This document shows, piece after piece, positions 62,652 through 64,000 of a stretch of 64,000 nucleotides of DNA (position 1 is the stretch's first letter; each line of letters begins with the position of its first letter). Source of the DNA: Eledone cirrhosa (Eukaryota); assembly GCA_964016885.1 (NCBI GenBank), contig OZ024742.1, positions 289,788,001-289,852,000 of the forward strand. The letters run 5' to 3'. Position numbers and translations under genes: made by a program. Below the pieces are notes generated by a model. The model searched no databases, was not told where the DNA came from, and saw only the letters and a program-made list of their open reading frames with translations.

Positions 62652-63560
62652 ATGGGTAGCACTTCATTGCCACCGTTTACCGGTGACGTCACTGTCTGGT
62701 TCGCCCAGATAGAAGCACATTTCACAGCGAATAACATCACCAGTGACCACAGACAGTTAAATCTCCTGTTAAGCGCTTTTCCAGCGTCATTGACGTCGGT
62801 CGTCAAAGACTTAATTACAGATCCTCGCCCTGGGGCCTCCTATGAGAGCGTGAAGCTCGAAGTGTTGCGGCGGACCACATTGTCCGCAGAAAAAAAATTT
62901 CAGACGCTCGTCAATGACGAACATTTGGGTGATCGGACGCCCACACAACTACTGCGTCGGATGAGAGAGCTGGCGGAAGATGCCCCAGCTGACAGTGCCC
63001 TCCTTAGACAGCTTTTTGTCTCAAGGCTACCCCCCGGAGTTCAGGCGACCTTAGCGCCCATGATGGAGGCTGCTCCTGTCGACCAGCTAGCGGCTTCGGC
63101 CGACAGGGTTATGAGTGTCATCGGACACCCAGCCTCATTTGCCCCCTTCCAGGCACCTCAGCCACCGGCTGCGGTCAATCCGTTCTCTCCTGCCTCCTTC
63201 CAGGCACCTCAGCCACCGGCTGCGGTCAATCCGTTCGCTCCTGTCTCCTTCAATGTATCCCAGCCGCCGACTGCGGTCGCTTCCTTCACTCCAGCGGCTG
63301 CTAGTTATACCGACCAGTCACTTGCAAATGCAGCAATGCTGCAAGCAATAGAGCAGCTAACCAAGAAAGTGAGAAAACTAAGCACTCACAGGGCTCATTC
63401 GCCCAGACGCCGTTTCCAGAGCCGTTCACCCTCGCCACGACGCCGTCACACAAGCAGTTCAGGTTTGTGTTACTACCACAGCCGTTTTGGCGTAGCAGCA
63501 CGCTCCTGTAAACGGCCTTGTACATTTTCAGACCAGGGAAACAGATTTCAGGAGACCTGA
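62652..63560 (+). CDS. Gag (CHCC-type Cys-His box)
   Basis: LPPF...WFAQIEAHF, LGDRTPTQLLRRM and CYYHSRFGVAARSCKRPC; homologous to the gag at 58012-58792. Confidence 0.9.
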   Translation: MGSTSLPPFTGDVTVWFAQIEAHFTANNITSDHRQLNLLLSAFPASLTSVVKDLITDPRPGASYESVKLEVLRRTTLSAEKKFQTLVNDEHLGDRTPTQLLRRMRELAEDAPADSALLRQLFVSRLPPGVQATLAPMMEAAPVDQLAASADRVMSVIGHPASFAPFQAPQPPAAVNPFSPASFQAPQPPAAVNPFAPVSFNVSQPPTAVASFTPAAASYTDQSLANAAMLQAIEQLTKKVRKLSTHRAHSPRRRFQSRSPSPRRRHTSSSGLCYYHSRFGVAARSCKRPCTFSDQGNRFQET

Positions 63561-64000
63561 GCACGGCACAGTCTCCTCTGACCCTCCCTAATAACCGTGT
63601 GTTTTTCATCACAGACACTGAGTCGCAAGCACGTTGTCTGATCGACACCGGCGTGGCTTGTAGCATTTGGCCGCTAAAACTTCTCAAAGAGAAGCCCCAA
63701 CTCTCAACCGTCTCTCTGCAAGCAGTAAACCAGTCACCGATCCCCACGTACGGTCAGATTTCTCGTTCTTTGAACCTGGAATTGCGTAGAGATTTCACGT
63801 GGATCTTCACTGTTGCTGATCTGCCTTACCCCATCCTAGGCTCAGATTTCCTGCACCACTATAACTTGATAGTGGATATGCGCAGACGCCGGTTGTTGGA
63901 TGCCAACACAGAACTGTCTGTGCCGGGTACCAGATCGACTGTCTCGTCGGTCAGCCCGGTCTTCTTTATCGCTGCTACAGAAGATCCTTACCAATCACTT
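63536..64000 (+). CDS. Pol N-terminus (aspartic protease) in the -1 frame, partial
   Basis: Open from the GGGAAAC site to the window end: LIDTGVACSIWP...LQAVN.SPI.TYG...PILGSDFL. Absent from the ORF track. Confidence 0.88.

Larger units (their letters stand above)
61712..64000 (+). mobile_element. Second CsRn1-like Gypsy element, 5' part, running off the window
   Basis: 18-nt PBS TGGTGACCCCGACGTGAT (61990-62007) complementary to the tRNA-Trp 3' end; gag and protease follow; the LTR start is uncertain. Confidence 0.88.

Overview
This is eukaryotic, repeat-saturated animal DNA. The (TA)n/(TACA)n microsatellite load, RTE LINEs with (GAT)n tails and the recurrent tRNA-headed SINE suggest an octopus-like cephalopod; that is an inference, not a database result. 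Most short ORFs in the track are microsatellite or antisense artefacts. One host gene is supported: the first three coding exons of an ANKRD26/ANKRD7/POTE-like ankyrin-repeat gene on the minus strand (49392-49133, 47336-47222, 45881-45708). No fourth exon was recognised, so most of the window may be one TE-filled intron. Mobile elements include an intact RTE LINE with a PHD finger inside its RT plus a disrupted relative, two R4/Dong-like REL retroelements in microsatellites, and a Penelope-like element with an inverted pLTR and a hammerhead ribozyme. Also present are a BovB-like RTE split by a hAT (perfect TIR/TSD), a Tx1/L1 LINE, a Helitron with both termini, two CsRn1-like Gypsy elements (one inside a Vingi-like LINE), SINEs and MITE-like inverted repeats. 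The most unusual observation is a tandemly repeated, covarying H-type pseudoknot module. It is the 5' UTR of one RTE family, the 3' UTR of another, and the body of non-autonomous copies.
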